From Eledone cirrhosa (lineage: Eukaryota), in the NCBI GenBank assembly GCA_964016885.1, contig OZ024745.1, positions 106,454,001 to 106,518,000 on the forward strand: a stretch of 64,000 nt of DNA. Direction: 5' to 3'. The notes under the pieces are model-generated. The model did no database searches. It was not told the origin of the DNA and worked only from the letters and a program-made list of their open reading frames with translations. Shown in pieces: positions 42,140 through 56,870 of the stretch. Within the stretch, counting starts at the first letter, position 1. Every line of letters starts with the position of its first letter. The position numbers and the translations under genes are program-made.

Positions 42140-42325
42140 GGCGGTGGATTGGCAGTATCGGTAGAGGGTCGGACGCCATGCTTTCCAGCATAGTTACGTC
42201 CCTTTACGATCTGAGTTCAAATCCCGCCGAGGTTGACTTTGCTTTTCATCCTTACGGGGTCGATAAAATAAAGTACCAGTAATGAACTGGGTAATTGCTG
42301 GCCTTGTGCCTAAAGTAGAAACAAC
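42140..42325 (+). mobile_element. SINE S1, full length
   Basis: Consensus-like copy; TSD taatgaaaata. Confidence 0.92.
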
Positions 42326-43018
42326 TAATGAAAATAATGAATATAACAGAAGCACACACATTCGCACATACACACATTCACAAACTCACACTCACACACA
42401 GAAAACTAAACACACAGAAATATATATACTTGCGTATGTCTTTCTATTTACATGTTTGTTTGTATGTATTAGGACGATTTGATCTCATTTTAGTGTATGA
42501 ATGTTTGTGTACGAACATTGAATTATTTGAATGTCATATGTGTGTGTGAGTGTGTGTTTGTGTGAGAGAGTGTGTGTGTTGTGTGTGTGTGTGTGTCTGT
42601 GTGTGTGTGTGTGTGTGTGCGTGCGTGTGTGTGTGTACGTGTTTGTGTGTGTGTGTGCACAAATAAATTAGTTATCTTGTCGTGATAACTCTCAGGATGA
42701 ATAGTCACCTGAATATTTCTTGTCAAAGATTCAAAGAATGAATTTTCGAGTAGTAAGTAGCATTAGCGTGACTTCCTATTTAGAGAATAAAATCTAAGTG
42801 GTGAAATCGGTACTTACATACTGAATGTAATGAAACAAAGTGAGGACAAACATACATTTATCCAACTGACTTTGGTCAGTGAACGCAGGGGACTTAACTC
42901 TAATTCTAATTTATTAATAAATAATTGATAAATAATTAAGAATAGTATGAAGTGTAAGTTAGTATATTACATATATTTCGACTCCAATGGTATTTTTTTG
43001 AGAGAATCATCATAAAAT

Positions 43019-43195
43019 AATTGTTTCTACTTTTGGCACAAGGCCAGCAATTATCCCAGTGTATTACTGCTACTTTATTTTATCGACCCCGTAAGGATAA
43101 AAGGCAAAGATAACCTTGGCGAAATTTGAACTCGGTTCATAAAGGGACGTAACTTTATGCTTGAAAGCGTCCGACTCTGTACTGATACTGCCAAT
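43019..43195 (-). mobile_element. SINE S1
   Basis: Reverse complement of the S1 consensus. Confidence 0.88.
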
Positions 43196-44231
43196 GCAGT
43201 AAAGTTGACCACAGCTGGATTTGAACTCGTAATATAATGCTGACCCAATTAAAACGCTAGTAGAGTCCATTGAAGGAGCTCTCACACACTGCCCGTCTAC
43301 ATAATATGACTCACTTAATTTCAGTCGGATCCTGGCTATGATAGAATCAACATCATGGCTGCAATTCTTAGCAATAAGACTTGAACACACAACCTCACAA
43401 TTGTTAAGCGAATTTATATACCATTTGGGCATATTGAACTACAATCAAATGAGACTACAATTTCCTGACATATAATACAGGAGTTCGAGAAATATATCGG
43501 TCAACACCTCTCAATTTTCAGAATCCTAATGATATCCTCTTACATGATATCACTCTATACATGTATTAATACATCCATACCAATCATTCTCCCCCCCCCT
43601 CTCTCTCTCTCTCTCAAGTATACACATGTGTACCTGTGTACCTGTGTACATATGTATCTATATCTATTTCTTTCTTTCTCTCTCTCTCTATATATATACA
43701 TATATATATATATAGGGAGAGAGAGAGAGAAAGAGCGATAGATATATAGATACAGCGATCTTCGTTAATAGTGTTATATATATATATATGTGTGTGTGTG
43801 TGTATGTGTGTGAGTGTATAAACATATATGTGTGTATGCGTATGTGGGTGTGAGCTTTATATAAAAAAGTCAGAAACAAAGAAAAAGAATGTAAAGTACT
43901 AAAAAACTAGATAAAAAATATATTTTCATAAAAAAAAGTAATTATGAAACATTTTCCAAAACTACTTACTATTGATATTTGAAATTCTGTAAAACCCCAA
44001 AAGCTAAAAAGTCTACGTTTACATAGTAATGTTCTCATCATTCTTAGTATAAATACTTGTTTCTACTTTAGGCACAAGGCCAGCAAATTACCCAGTGCAT
44101 TACTGGTACTTTATTTTATCGACCCCGTAAGGATGAAAGGTATAAATACGATGAAGGTTAAACACCGTTGAGATAATCTCATAAGACCGAAACAATCTCC
44201 AAGTTTTTATATCAAACTTGCCTAAAGAATC

Positions 44232-44600
44232 TTCTTCTTCTTCTTCTTCTTCTTCTTCTTCTTCTTCTTCTTCTTCTTCTTCTTCTCGTTTTCTTTTCTT
44301 CGCCCACTTATTCCTGAGAGGGACGTGGGGGAAGAATCCTCAAACACTCCTGCCAATGAGTCCTGTCAGAAACAACCCTCTCTAACTGATCCGCCTGGAT
44401 CCACAAGCGTGACCAGCGAAGCTCATGGATGTTATCCAACCATCTTGAGCTGGGGGTCTACCCCAGGTCTCCTACCTGCTGGTCTTGCCCGTAAAATCTG
44501 TCCAGCGATTCTTTCCTGAGACATTCTAACCACATGCCGTGCTCTCTCAATTAGGAGAAGTAGCAGCTCTACCTGAAGTGACTCTCTGATCGCATATGTT
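44232..44600 (-). mobile_element. 5'-truncated RTE LINE with (AAG)n tail
   Basis: IRESLQVELLLLIER..HVVRMSQERIA..RPAGRRPG RTE C-terminus; TSD cctaaagaatc at 44221-44231 and 44601-44611. Confidence 0.85.
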
Positions 44601-45460
44601 CCTAAAGAATCAAGATACTATTTGTCAATGACTAATATAATTCTTTCCTCGACGCTGTATAGGTATTTCTAGTTATGTATTTGATGTTCGTTGCATTAAA
44701 ATATTAACCTCTTAACAGATACAAATGCAATCTTCAGCCCTCTACATTCGACAAAGTTACAGATTATACAGGGGCGAAGGAAGCATTTTTGAAGAGGGTT
44801 GGGAGCCAAATTTGATCAATTTAGTTGTAGTGATTAATTTAGCTGTTATTACCAAATATCAACCAAGATATAAAGAAGTTCGATATGAGATAAACATAAC
44901 ATATACATAAACTGTAGCGTATATACAAAACAAATAGATGTGTTTGGGTAGTTTGGGGGAAGAATATAGTTATTGGGGGTGTGGGTGGGGGGGTATTGAA
45001 CCCCCCCCCCCCCCGTTCCACCGTCCCTGTTATACAAGCTATTAATTTTATTATGTAAACCTTAGATCTTTATTTCAAATATACTTATACGGTGTTCAGA
45101 ATTGAGACATACAATTGGGAACATATATATAAATCATAGTATGATAACAATCAAACAATTCATTCTATAATTGATAAACGCTACACTTGTGCTACTTTAC
45201 TTAAAATGCTGATGATGATGGCCCTGTTCCAGTTTCACACTACTTCTGTCACTAGTCTCTTAACATGCCAAAGTATATGATGCCTACACAGCTGTCAAAC
45301 ACCTGGTATACTTGATGTTACTATAAGTTAAGATAAAGAATAACATTCTTCTCAAGAAAGAAATTGAAAAATTCATCTGAGGTAAATAGTGGCGGTGTGT
45401 GTCACAAAAGAGGCATTTAATAAAATTTCCATTTAAATAGTCTAGGTTATGATGTTCCAG

Positions 45461-45851
45461 ATTTTATTCGAATAAATGTGAATTGTATTTGAGGACTGTG
45501 TTAGGTGACTGTACGAAATTTCACTTTTCGAGAGACATAGCAATGTGTTATTTTATGATACGAAATGATACGAAATCTTTATCGAATTACAAAACTACGT
45601 GTTCCATGGTAGTTTCTTTTGTTTCAGATAAGGGTTATTTTTCATGGATTTTCTTGGAGAAAAGCTGTATTCCCCTCATAGCATACAGATTGATGTTGTT
45701 TTACTAATCTTACAGAACATGGGAAGAATGTTATAACTTGCAAATAAGTGATGGCATTGAATATATTAAGAATCGTTATAAAGTGTATATGAGTTTAAAT
45801 TTACCATCCATAAGATTACATGAATTTACAATTCTCATTTTAGACATGGGT
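45461..45851 (+). other. Candidate host exon(s) or pseudo-exon, Cys-rich
   Basis: One frame stays open for about 150 codons apart from a single TAA at 45705-45707. Acceptors ttccag (45460) and tactaatcttacag (45715); donor-like gtacgt at 45852. Confidence 0.3.
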
Positions 45852-46521
45852 GTACGTACATCACCTGTGTTTAATTTGTTTTGTTTTTATTTTATTTTAA
45901 TTCTTGTTTAATGTCAAATGAAGCTAGGGGGCGTCGTCTATCAGATCCTGTGAATGCTATACCTTCATTATATCCTGCCTGGGGGATTATGTTCAACGAC
46001 ACCGAATAGTAGCCACGTGACATGCATTGGAGATTCGTGTTTTATTCTACTTCCAATGTTCAGTGTGAAATTCGATCTAGCTACCGTGAGGCTAAATTTA
46101 TACCAAGCATATAAAAAATACACTTAAACACAAATACAGACAGACACACTCACGCACGAAAGTATACAAACACACATACACTCCCCGCCACAACACACAC
46201 ACATTCAAAAGCATTGAGATTCAAATATTTATTTTAAGTGTTTTGAGGTTTCGTCTACTTTTGGGTTGCATATACTTTACGCTGCACACAAAAATAGAAT
46301 TTGGTAAAGCAAAATCGAAATGGGGTGGGCTGGTTTCACTGGGAACTTTGATTAAAATGTCTTGTCTACCTTTGTTATTTTAATGTGATATCTATATTCA
46401 TCGCACTCTTGTCCTTGTCTTCTGCACAGCAGCTAATAACTATTATATTTCCAGAATATTTCTTGTCACCTCCACTGCTTTTCTCCCCTTCAACACTACT
46501 GTTTAGGCTCCACGAATAATG

Positions 46522-46740
46522 GTTTCTGTTTTAGACCCAAGACCAGCAATTTGGGGGGAGGAGAAATGTCGATTAAATCGATCCCAGTGTATGACAGGTA
46601 CTTTATGTTATCGACCCCGTAAGGATGAAAGGCAAAGCTAACCTCGGTGGTATTTGAACTCAGAATGTAAAGGGCTGTAACTCTATGCCACGAAGCAGGG
46701 TGTCCGATGCTCTACCGATACTGCCAATCCACTGTCCTAA
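46522..46740 (-). mobile_element. SINE S1 (long variant)
   Basis: Reverse complement of the S1 consensus. Confidence 0.88.
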
Positions 46741-46899
46741 GGCTTCACGAATAATAAAATCCACTGAAATTCATAGTATTATATGGTAAAGAATTTTTTC
46801 TAGTTTAAGGTCCTTTACTATTAGTGTCAAAGTCAGCTGGAAAAATGTTTTATCACTATACATCCCAATTATCATAAAGTTTGGTGGAAAACAAATCTA

Positions 46900-48420
46900 C
46901 CATAGGGGGATATTAGTAAATATGTTCGTTCTGTCTACTCTAACCAAAAGTATTCCTCACACTTGTATAGGGCACATAAAAACCTAGACATAACATCCAA
47001 ATTGGTAACACCATACGTTAAACATGCCAAAGCGCTATTGTCAATGGAAGTTAGGCCCTGTTCTGTATTGTCCGCAATCTCAATACCCTTCTTGGCATCA
47101 TTTGGATATACTGCACAAATAGGCCAACGAAAAAGCCCTTGATCTGACTTCCCTTTATTGGCAGACTGCATTTTTTGTTATTTAGTCTACAGTTGGCAAT
47201 TCTGGAATAACTCACCCAGCCACTCAGAAAGCGATAATTTTCCCAGAAGGACTTTCACGCATATCCAAGCGTTTTCTTACACTCCTCACGACATGAACTA
47301 TAGCCATTCAAGCTTAGTTAATGTTCCTGCTAGCTATTCGTGCAGTTTTGAGGGTAAACATAACTAATCCAAATTGTCACATCAGAAGATATTTCACATA
47401 TCGGTTGGAGAAATGTCCAATATACAATAGACTAATCAACCTGAAGCTCCCATGATCCTGTTGTGGCATGCTGAATAGAACTCGCCTTAAATGGAGCACA
47501 CATGATTTCTCAAAGATCTTTATCCCTTCATGGCGGACAGTTCTCTATTTTCAGCGGTCAACAGCTAGGGCTTCAAAAGAAGTGAGAGTTATGTTCACAG
47601 ATTTAAAATTGTACAGTTTGTCTTTATATCTCAGTAATAATCTGCCTATATTACGTGCACCATTATGAATTTGAGTGTATAATAATACCTTGGATGTGCG
47701 GGCCTCAATCATCCGTAGGACATGGCCACTCTATTTAAGTTGGAATTGCAACATAAATGACACAATTTCACCCATTTTGAACCAAAGCGTAAGGTGTTTT
47801 GTTTTGTTTCGACCGCATATTTGGACACCCAGACCACCGTGGTTGACTGCCAAATCACAAGATTGAACAAGCATTTGTTTAGGGCTCCGTTTACCAACCC
47901 TCCCTGTATAAGGAAAACAGTGCAGTGTCTAAAAGACATACTTTATCTTTATCAGAGGTCACGAACAACACAATTTATTCATGGACAGCCATCACCAGAT
48001 AGTTTCCACTGTGTAGATCTCCAGCTAAGGAGTTCCTGTAATATCCTTTACTTGTCCCCATCACCTTGCCTCTCTTGCTCTCTTGCCAGTAGGTTTTGTG
48101 TTAACGGTGGTATATCAAATAGACAGAACGGGTATGGTTGTTATTCTATGCACACACACTGATTGTTTATAGTGGGGAAAGCTTGTGTTGGACCAGCCAC
48201 ATTTTTTGGAAATGTTGATAATAATGTATTGGTGCCGAATTTGCCATGAACCCAGTGAACAACACACCTCGGGGATTGTATGGCCATTGACACGCAAGAG
48301 TTCCTCCGCAATCACACTATGGGTTGAGGCAAGTTGTTGGGTTTATGTTTGGATCCTTGGAAATGGAATTTCATCTATGTAGTGGGATCCTTGGCGAACT
48401 AAAAAATCATCCATTGTTGA
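46900..48420 (-). pseudogene. Heavily decayed Gypsy-like pol remnant
   Basis: Higher-complexity block. Fragments resemble the RT start (R.TVF...LV..AL..C..WVS..AVETKQNTLRF) and RNase H (WPI.A..SALACLTYGV), in pol order. Confidence 0.5.
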
Positions 48421-48625
48421 AACGTGTCCAAGAAGAATAAAAAATATCTTAAATTAATTCTAAACTTCTAGCTTTATTCCCCTTCTCTGTATATATATAT
48501 ATATATAAATTGTTCACAGTGAAAAATAGTTTAATTAGGAATAAGTGAGAATTAGTAATAGTATTGGTTAGTATTCAGTTTTGGTTTTAAGTTTTACCGG
48601 TTGCGCATTTCTAATGCTTTTCAAA

Positions 48626-49354
<729 letters not shown>

Positions 49355-49357
<3 letters not shown>

Positions 49358-49538
49358 GTTATATCCGTAGTAGTAGAGCACTCAGTCCATGGGACGAGTT
49401 TGGTAGCAATGATTCCACAACATTTCCAAGAACAATTGTTTCACCTTAGTCGAATCATCAGCTCGGTTCAATCCGACGAACCTACTAAGGTGAAACAATT
49501 GTTCTCGGAATTTGAGAATTAACTGTTGTGGAACTACT

Positions 49539-49542
<4 letters not shown>
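49355..49542. mobile_element. Family A end with fold-back; minimal HHR at 49426-49466 (minus)
   Basis: ccgag-CTGATGA-ttcgactaaggt-GAAA-caattg-TT-cttgg. Confidence 0.75.
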
Positions 49543-49618
<76 letters not shown>

Positions 49619-50167
49619 GTTGTATTTGTTACAGAATATCCGAAGCTGAGAAAGCAATGGAGCTATGCTGGGTTAAGATCTGGGAAAAGCAATTTTACCT
49701 AAATAACACCATAGATATTCAAATATATATATATATATATATATACACATATGTGTGCGTGTGTGTGTGTGTGTGTGCGTGTGTATTTCTGTGGACGTGT
49801 ATGACTAGGTCCATATGAGTATTTGCATAAGCATAGAATAGTGTTATTTCTACTTTCAAAAGTTATAAATATAACGAAAACAGTATCGTCGAGAAAAAAA
49901 AAGAGAGGAGAAAATGCAAAATTCGAAAACGAAAATTTTTTTTTTTTTTTGTAATCATTTCAAATGTGAAATTAAAAACGTACTTTTAAAAAAACAGAAA
50001 AGATAGAAGGAAATTAGTTAAGCAATAGTGAAAAAAAAGAAAGTATTATTTAAAAGGAAGTTAAATTTATGTGATATTTGATCAGCTATTGCTCACCCTT
50101 TAAATAAACTACTTTTCACCTACAGCTGTTTCTGCCAATATATATATGTGTGTGTGTGTTATTATAT

Positions 50168-50281
<114 letters not shown>

Positions 50282-50927
50282 ACACACAGACACACACACA
50301 CACACACAACTTCAGCTTTTTTTTTTCAGTAGGCTGTGCTTGATGACATACATAGTCTAAAGTAGATGACATTTGAAGAAATGTTAGAACCAGGTGTTCG
50401 CTGTATGTTGAATGTTGTATGCGTGTTGATATTCGTCGTGGTTGAGGTGTAGGTAGGGTATTTTCATCAGATGATGGCGGTACTTTTGTGGTGGTAGTAG
50501 AGTAGCAAAAATGGTTTACTTTATATTTATTTTGGAAAGATGGTGATGATGGTAGTGAAGCTGGTTGCTCATGTGTCTGGTTTTGTTTGTCTGGTCTAAT
50601 AATGCCCTTATGATGCCCAGCTGCAATGATGATAACATTTTGTGATTTTGAAGTTTACAGTAAGGAGCGTTTCAATTATTATGAAGATAATAATTATGGA
50701 AATTTTGATAATGGTAATGATGGTGGTTATTTTTATTTAGACCACTAATATTTCAAAATAGTGAGAGATACGAAAAAGAACCATACTGCATCGTCCTTCT
50801 CGTGGGTTAACAAGGGATGCGTTTTGGCGTTAGGTAGAGGGGCCTGTTCGAAAGATATATTGCAGTTTCCATTTCCTGCCACATTATTGTAGAAATTTGC
50901 GGACAATAAAGAAACAATTATCATTAT

Positions 50928-51103
50928 TTGGCAGTATCGGTAGAGGGTCGGACGTCATGCTTTGACGCATAGAATTACGGCCCTTGCCATTCTGAGTTCA
51001 AATCCCGCCGAGGTTAACTTTGCCTTTCATCCTTACGGGGTCGATAAAATAAAGTACCAGTAATGCACCGGGGTGATTGCTGGCCTTGTGCCAAAAGTAG
51101 AAA

Positions 51104-51156
<53 letters not shown>

Positions 51157-51562
51157 GGGTGGGTATTGGCAGAATCGGTCGAGCGACATGCTTCTAGCAA
51201 ACATGCTTCGAGACATGGATTTTCGGCCCTTAACATCCTGAATTCAAATACCACCGAGATTAGATTTGCTTTTCATCCATACGGGTTCGATGAAATAAAT
51301 TACCAGTAATGCACTGCGGTAGATTTAATTGACTTGTCCCCTCCGTCAAAATTGCTGGCCTTGTGCCTAAATCAGAAACCCCGTAAAAAAGTAGAAACAA
51401 TTATTAGGGCGGTGGATGGTCAGAGCGTCAGACAACATGCTTTGTGGCATAGAGTTACGTCCCTTTACTTCTGAGTTCAAATCCCACCTTTCGTTTCTTA
51501 CTGTGTCGATAAAATAAAGTACAAATAACGCACTGGTGTTGATTTAATCGACTTCTCCCCAA
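50928..51562 (+). mobile_element. Three tandem SINE S1 copies
   Basis: ~50928-51105 with (TTA)n tail, 51157-51380 and 51407-51562. Confidence 0.85.
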
Positions 51563-52313
51563 AAACCTTTGGAAAAATATATTTTTTTATATATGATGAG
51601 GCAGGCGTGATGTGTGACCACTAAGACAGCTTTGGTAGAATTAAATCTATGGCTGTTCTATGTCTTAAAGTAAAGAGGAATATAACAAAAATATAGGTAG
51701 TAAATTTAACAGCTCTAGTAATGCTACGATATAACACAGCAATTATGCGGATGACGGAACTGGTATAAACAACATCAAATGGAAGAAACGCCACATACAT
51801 CATCAGAAATAACACTAAAAACAATGGCAACAACAAAAACAATATAATTAGTACAATAGAAGTTTGGAAAGTTAAAACTGTTAACATGGACATCAATCAA
51901 CAAACGCTTGAGTAAATCAGCGAAATGTCAAGCAAAGCAAATGACATAAACATCATCAACGATAACGAGAAAACAAAAACGAATAACATTAGCAGTAACA
52001 CCCGTAACAGTGGTAGAAATAACAATAAGAATACAGATGAATATAGAAACGATAAGAAAAACGACAATAATACCAACAAAAGTGATTAATTTGCAAGATC
52101 TATCAGCACCTGTACTGAACAATCATTTGACTTAGGAAATGAATCAGGTAAATCTCCTGAGACGATAGGGTTTCAAGGGGAGGAGTTGAATTGTTAACTG
52201 AGGAGGAAACTCAGGTACGGCTGCATACATACACAGAAAAATATAGAAGTATGAAAGAATACTCCTTTATGCAGACAGATAATAACTTGAACATTGTGCG
52301 GCGTGCATATAGA

Positions 52314-53111
52314 TCAAAGGTTCTCAAAGTGGACGCTACTGCTCCCCGGGAGGGGCGTTGATAAGGTCCAGGGGGTGCTGCAGCCTAAGGGGGTGTTGAT
52401 GGGCGGTAGAGTTGATATAATAGTATATTAAATATCAAATGCTACATATATATATAGTAAAATAAGAAAATATATATTTATTTAAAATATATATTTAATA
52501 TAGTAAAATAAGAAAATATTTATACATTGAATCCAGGGCATTTTCATTCCTACCGAGGAACCCCTCTATTTTCTGGTCATGTCAGGGGTTTAGCCGTACT
52601 CACCCCGATTTGCCAATTACGGGTGGGTGAGGCTATTTAACCTATAGCTGAGTAAACTCATTTCTGAGTGTACTGGAGCAACGTGAAATAAGATGCTTTG
52701 CTTAAGAACGCAACCACAGGATTGTAAGCCCGACGCTCTAGCCACTAAGCCATGCGCCTTCATTGTTTATACATGGTATATATTAAATTATTTATAATAT
52801 AATTGTTTCTACTTTTGGCACAAGGCCAGCAATTAACCAGTATATTACTGGTACTTTATTTTATAATATTATAATATGATACATATTTATTCATAGTATA
52901 CATTAAATTATTTATAATATAATATTATAATATATATTTACACATAGTATATATATTATTCATTATATATAAATTAACGATTTTATTTATTATATATCAT
53001 TTATAATTTGCGTGTAGGTAAGTTTCTCTGGAAATAGGATCGGGGGCACTAAAAGTAATTAAGTCGCCATGAGGGGAGACAGGGGTGGCCCAAAAAGTTT
53101 CCGAACCTCTA
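52314..53111. mobile_element. hAT-like MITE with nested SINE S2 (52530-52762) and S1 fragment
   Basis: Ends caaaggttctcaaagt ... aagtttccgaacctcta resemble Charlie-type TIRs; linkage of the ends is inferred. Confidence 0.45.
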
Positions 53112-53636
53112 ATATAGATGCTAATCGTAAAATTATTTTTTAAATGTTTAGAGTGTTTAATATTTGGCATAATATTTGAAATAAAAATAACAACTTTTAT
53201 AAAATTATTTAAAGATCTTGATGAGGCAAGCTCACTAAGGATCATTAAGAGAAAATTAGATTCCTTACTATTGTTGGTTTTATATTTTTCGGTATAACAG
53301 CTATGAAGGTTAATATAAACACAGCTACTACATTTCTCTCAAATCCCACTCTTACATGATGTAGAAGAAAACATTAAATAACCACGCCCTAGAAACATTA
53401 TGTCTGGAAAATGTAGGACGAGAAGGGAAAGTCAGGAATGTCTTCCATCATAGGTCTGATCGGTCATAACTGATCTGGAAATAAACGACAACGAAAACAA
53501 ATAACAACAGCAACATACCCACTGCCAAGAACAACAAAACATCACCATGGCCAATACCGCCACTAGTAGCAAAACATATAATACAACCACCACAAACAAT
53601 TCCAGCATCAGCTGCTAAATCAATTATGCTTTACAT

Positions 53637-53853
53637 CAAGCATGTCAAACTTAGGCTCCCCCGAGAGCAACATGGTTCACATATGTGCTGTCTGGGGGTC
53701 ACACATGACAACTAATTACGCACATTACAACTATTTTTTTAAATTTTATATTACGAAGATAAATCATGCACGCGCTGTAAAATCTTTGTGCGGGGTGCAG
53801 GTGTGCTTGTAACGAGCCGCATGTCACCCGCGGGCCGCATTTTTGACATCCTT
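53637..53853. mobile_element. hAT/Charlie-like MITE
   Basis: caagcatgtcaaac ... gcgggccgcatttttgacatc termini. Confidence 0.55.
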
Positions 53854-54677
53854 TCTTTACATCCTTCTGAACGTCAATAAAATAAGGGTAATGGTCATGT
53901 ATTGAGGAGAAGTGGGTCGATGTTTCTTTTTGGTGTGCCTATATTGGCAATCATTAAGTTTGGTAGCGATATACTGAATGTCATCCACACACACACACAC
54001 AAAATCCTAATTAATTGATATTTGCCTTTTAATTTGAGAAATAAATGAAAAACCTGACAGCAATTGTTAGTGTCACTCAAAGGAAGATAATTTAAAGAAA
54101 TTAAAAATTAATCTCTAAAAGTTATTATTTATATTTTTACGGGGAAATCTGATCTTTGTTTACAAACAAAAATTCATTTCCCTAAACATGTAAATTAAGA
54201 GTGATTAATTCTTAATTTCTCAAAATTATCTCCCCTTATCTGTCTGTGTCACTCACAATTGCTGTTAGACTTTTGCTTTATTTTTGAGCTACGTGATTTT
54301 TCGCTTTTTCATCAAAAGATTATTGTCTCATCAGAGGATGACTACTCTGATGATCTCACAATGGTCTTTCTATTTCAAGAATTGTAATTGTATCGATATT
54401 GATTTTACTTTAACAATTTAGTTACATGATATCTAAGTGAAATGAGTTATGTAGAGTTAAATGCTTTGCCCCAAGTTACAATTACAATCCTTTAACACTT
54501 TTGTTACCAAACTGCCCGAAACCACTTAAGGTTTTATGAATCAAAACTGTTGCCTTTGAAGTGTCTAAAAGTTTCTATTATAATTTTATGTAAGAACCTA
54601 GTATTAAGTTATGTTCTAAACAGCAGCTTAGTAACGAGAAAGATTTGTTATATTACTAAGTCCCCATATATTCAATA

Positions 54678-54736
<59 letters not shown>

Positions 54737-54847
54737 AAGAGGGAGAGAAAGAGACAGAGAATTTGTATATGTAAATATATACATACATAAATATATATAT
54801 GTATTTATATATAATAATGTACATGTTTATATATATATATGTGTGTG

Positions 54848-54932
<85 letters not shown>

Positions 54933-55017
54933 GTATATATATATATATATATATATATAAATTTATATATATACATGTATATATATATATATGCATGTAT
55001 GTATGTATATATATATG

Positions 55018-55622
55018 TCAGGTCACCAGTTGGTGCTACTGGTAACATGTATCCCAGTACAACCTGTCTCATAGTCGGACGTTGGCGACTAAACAGGCAA
55101 CCCCACCAAGGTTTCTTGGTGAGGAGGGTGACTTTGGACCTCCTGCAGGACTAAAAACAAAACCTGTAAAAGGGCAAAGGAGCTCTTAAGGGTCAATGGC
55201 CATCCAAAAATCACCGGGTTAGATGACCCCTTAGCCTTTGTCAAGGCAGAATCCGAGGAGAAGGAAAACTCTGATATAACACCTGCAACCCTGATGGTAT
55301 CCAATGATGTTGACTTGTTCTTCTTTTTGGTGAATATCATCTTGGTTAAGAGAGTGGGACTGGCTTTGTGCAGTGCCTTTTCTCACTATAAAAGCTTCAC
55401 CACACAGGCATTGCTTTATATCTGGAGATCTCTCTGCACTTGTCGTCACATGGTACCATGGGCCCAGCACTATGTGTCAATAATTGTCACAAGTGTAGTG
55501 TTTGTACCAGAGTTTTCAAGTCACTGGCTGGACTAAAAAGTCACACTCGTTCAACGCATCGGAAGGGGTTCTCCTACATGGATATAAAGTAGTGGTCGTA
55601 CTCGAAAACGAGTTGGCAGTCA

Positions 55623-55625
<3 letters not shown>
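55018..55625 (+). mobile_element. GC-balanced TA-flanked insert, possibly a LINE (RTE) 5' UTR fragment
   Basis: Sharp composition shift; hairpins cctgt..tagtcg/cgacta..acagg and caccaag/cttggtg; no credible ORF. Confidence 0.4.
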
Positions 55626-55676
<51 letters not shown>

Positions 55677-55764
55677 GCAGGTAGACATTATAAAAAGATA
55701 ATTTATTCTGTGTGCTTACAAATGTTTCCACGGTGGTTATACAGCCTAGTTATGTTATGTGCAA

Positions 55765-55825
<61 letters not shown>

Positions 55826-55855
55826 TTTTATCTATTAAACGTACACACTTGTATA

Positions 55856-55913
<58 letters not shown>

Positions 55914-56571
55914 CATATATATATACATATATATACAAGTGTGTACGTTTAATAGATAAAATTCCATATATTAGTAAAGCTGTAGCTACTGCTACTGGTT
56001 GTGATCATCATCACCATTGTAATCATCATCATCATTGTGATCATGATAGTAATGTTAATGGTGATGATGATGATGATGTTACTAGTAAAACTGAAGAGGC
56101 GTGCTTGTCATTATCGTGAGTCATGTCTCATGTGACTTCTGATTGAATACGAGACGTCCACCAAACAAGAACTTTGCCTTACTTCTCCTTAACCCGTTTC
56201 TCTTCCACTCGCTTTGTTTCCCCACCCCTCCCCATCGTCCACCTATCACCTTTAAAGAAATTTCACCTGAGTCCAGGTGTTCGGTCTCCAGCTGAGAACA
56301 GGTGTTCAACTGTCAACATTTTCTCGGTTTCTCTTATAATGTTCTTGTACTCTCTGTGAGATCCGGTGAACTGAATCGTACAGCATATTTTATGTATATG
56401 TACACACAGATACAAATATACATATATATGTATACACATTCTACAGACACACACACACATATAAATATATATATATGTGTGTGTATGTATACATATATAT
56501 ATATATATATGTATATCTCTCTCTCTCTTTTTCTCTCTCTATATATATATATGTATAGTATGTATATATAT

Positions 56572-56603
<32 letters not shown>

Positions 56604-56870
56604 TCATACATAAGTGTTGACATTCATTTTGGTATGAGTGGTAGGTGCAAATATATCTGTGTGTGGATGTGTGCGTGTGTGTGTGTGTGTGTACATGTGC
56701 TTCTGTGTCTGTGTTTTATCCTTGTTATTCCTATAGGTATCGGTTATTGTGGTGGTATGGTGATTCTAACATGTTTAATGATAAACATGGAGAGAAACTA
56801 GGTTAATATTAAACCAGAGAGTGCAGAAATAGAATAATAGATAGATAAATAGATAGATAGATAGATAGAT

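Noticed and set aside
42140-42232. tRNA gene
   Set aside because: A and B boxes are present, but there is no cloverleaf and it continues into the SINE body; it is a SINE head.
51640-52120. Hydrophobic ORFs on the minus strand
   Set aside because: Decayed AAC/AAT-rich low-complexity sequence with no recognisable domain.
54328-54353. Hairpin tcatcagag..ctctgatga with CTGATGA on both strands
   Set aside because: No correctly placed stem II plus GAAA on either strand.
55020-55100. HDV-like ribozyme at the start of the insert
   Set aside because: Only about 21 nt lie between the putative P2 strand and CUAA, too short for P3, P1 and P4.
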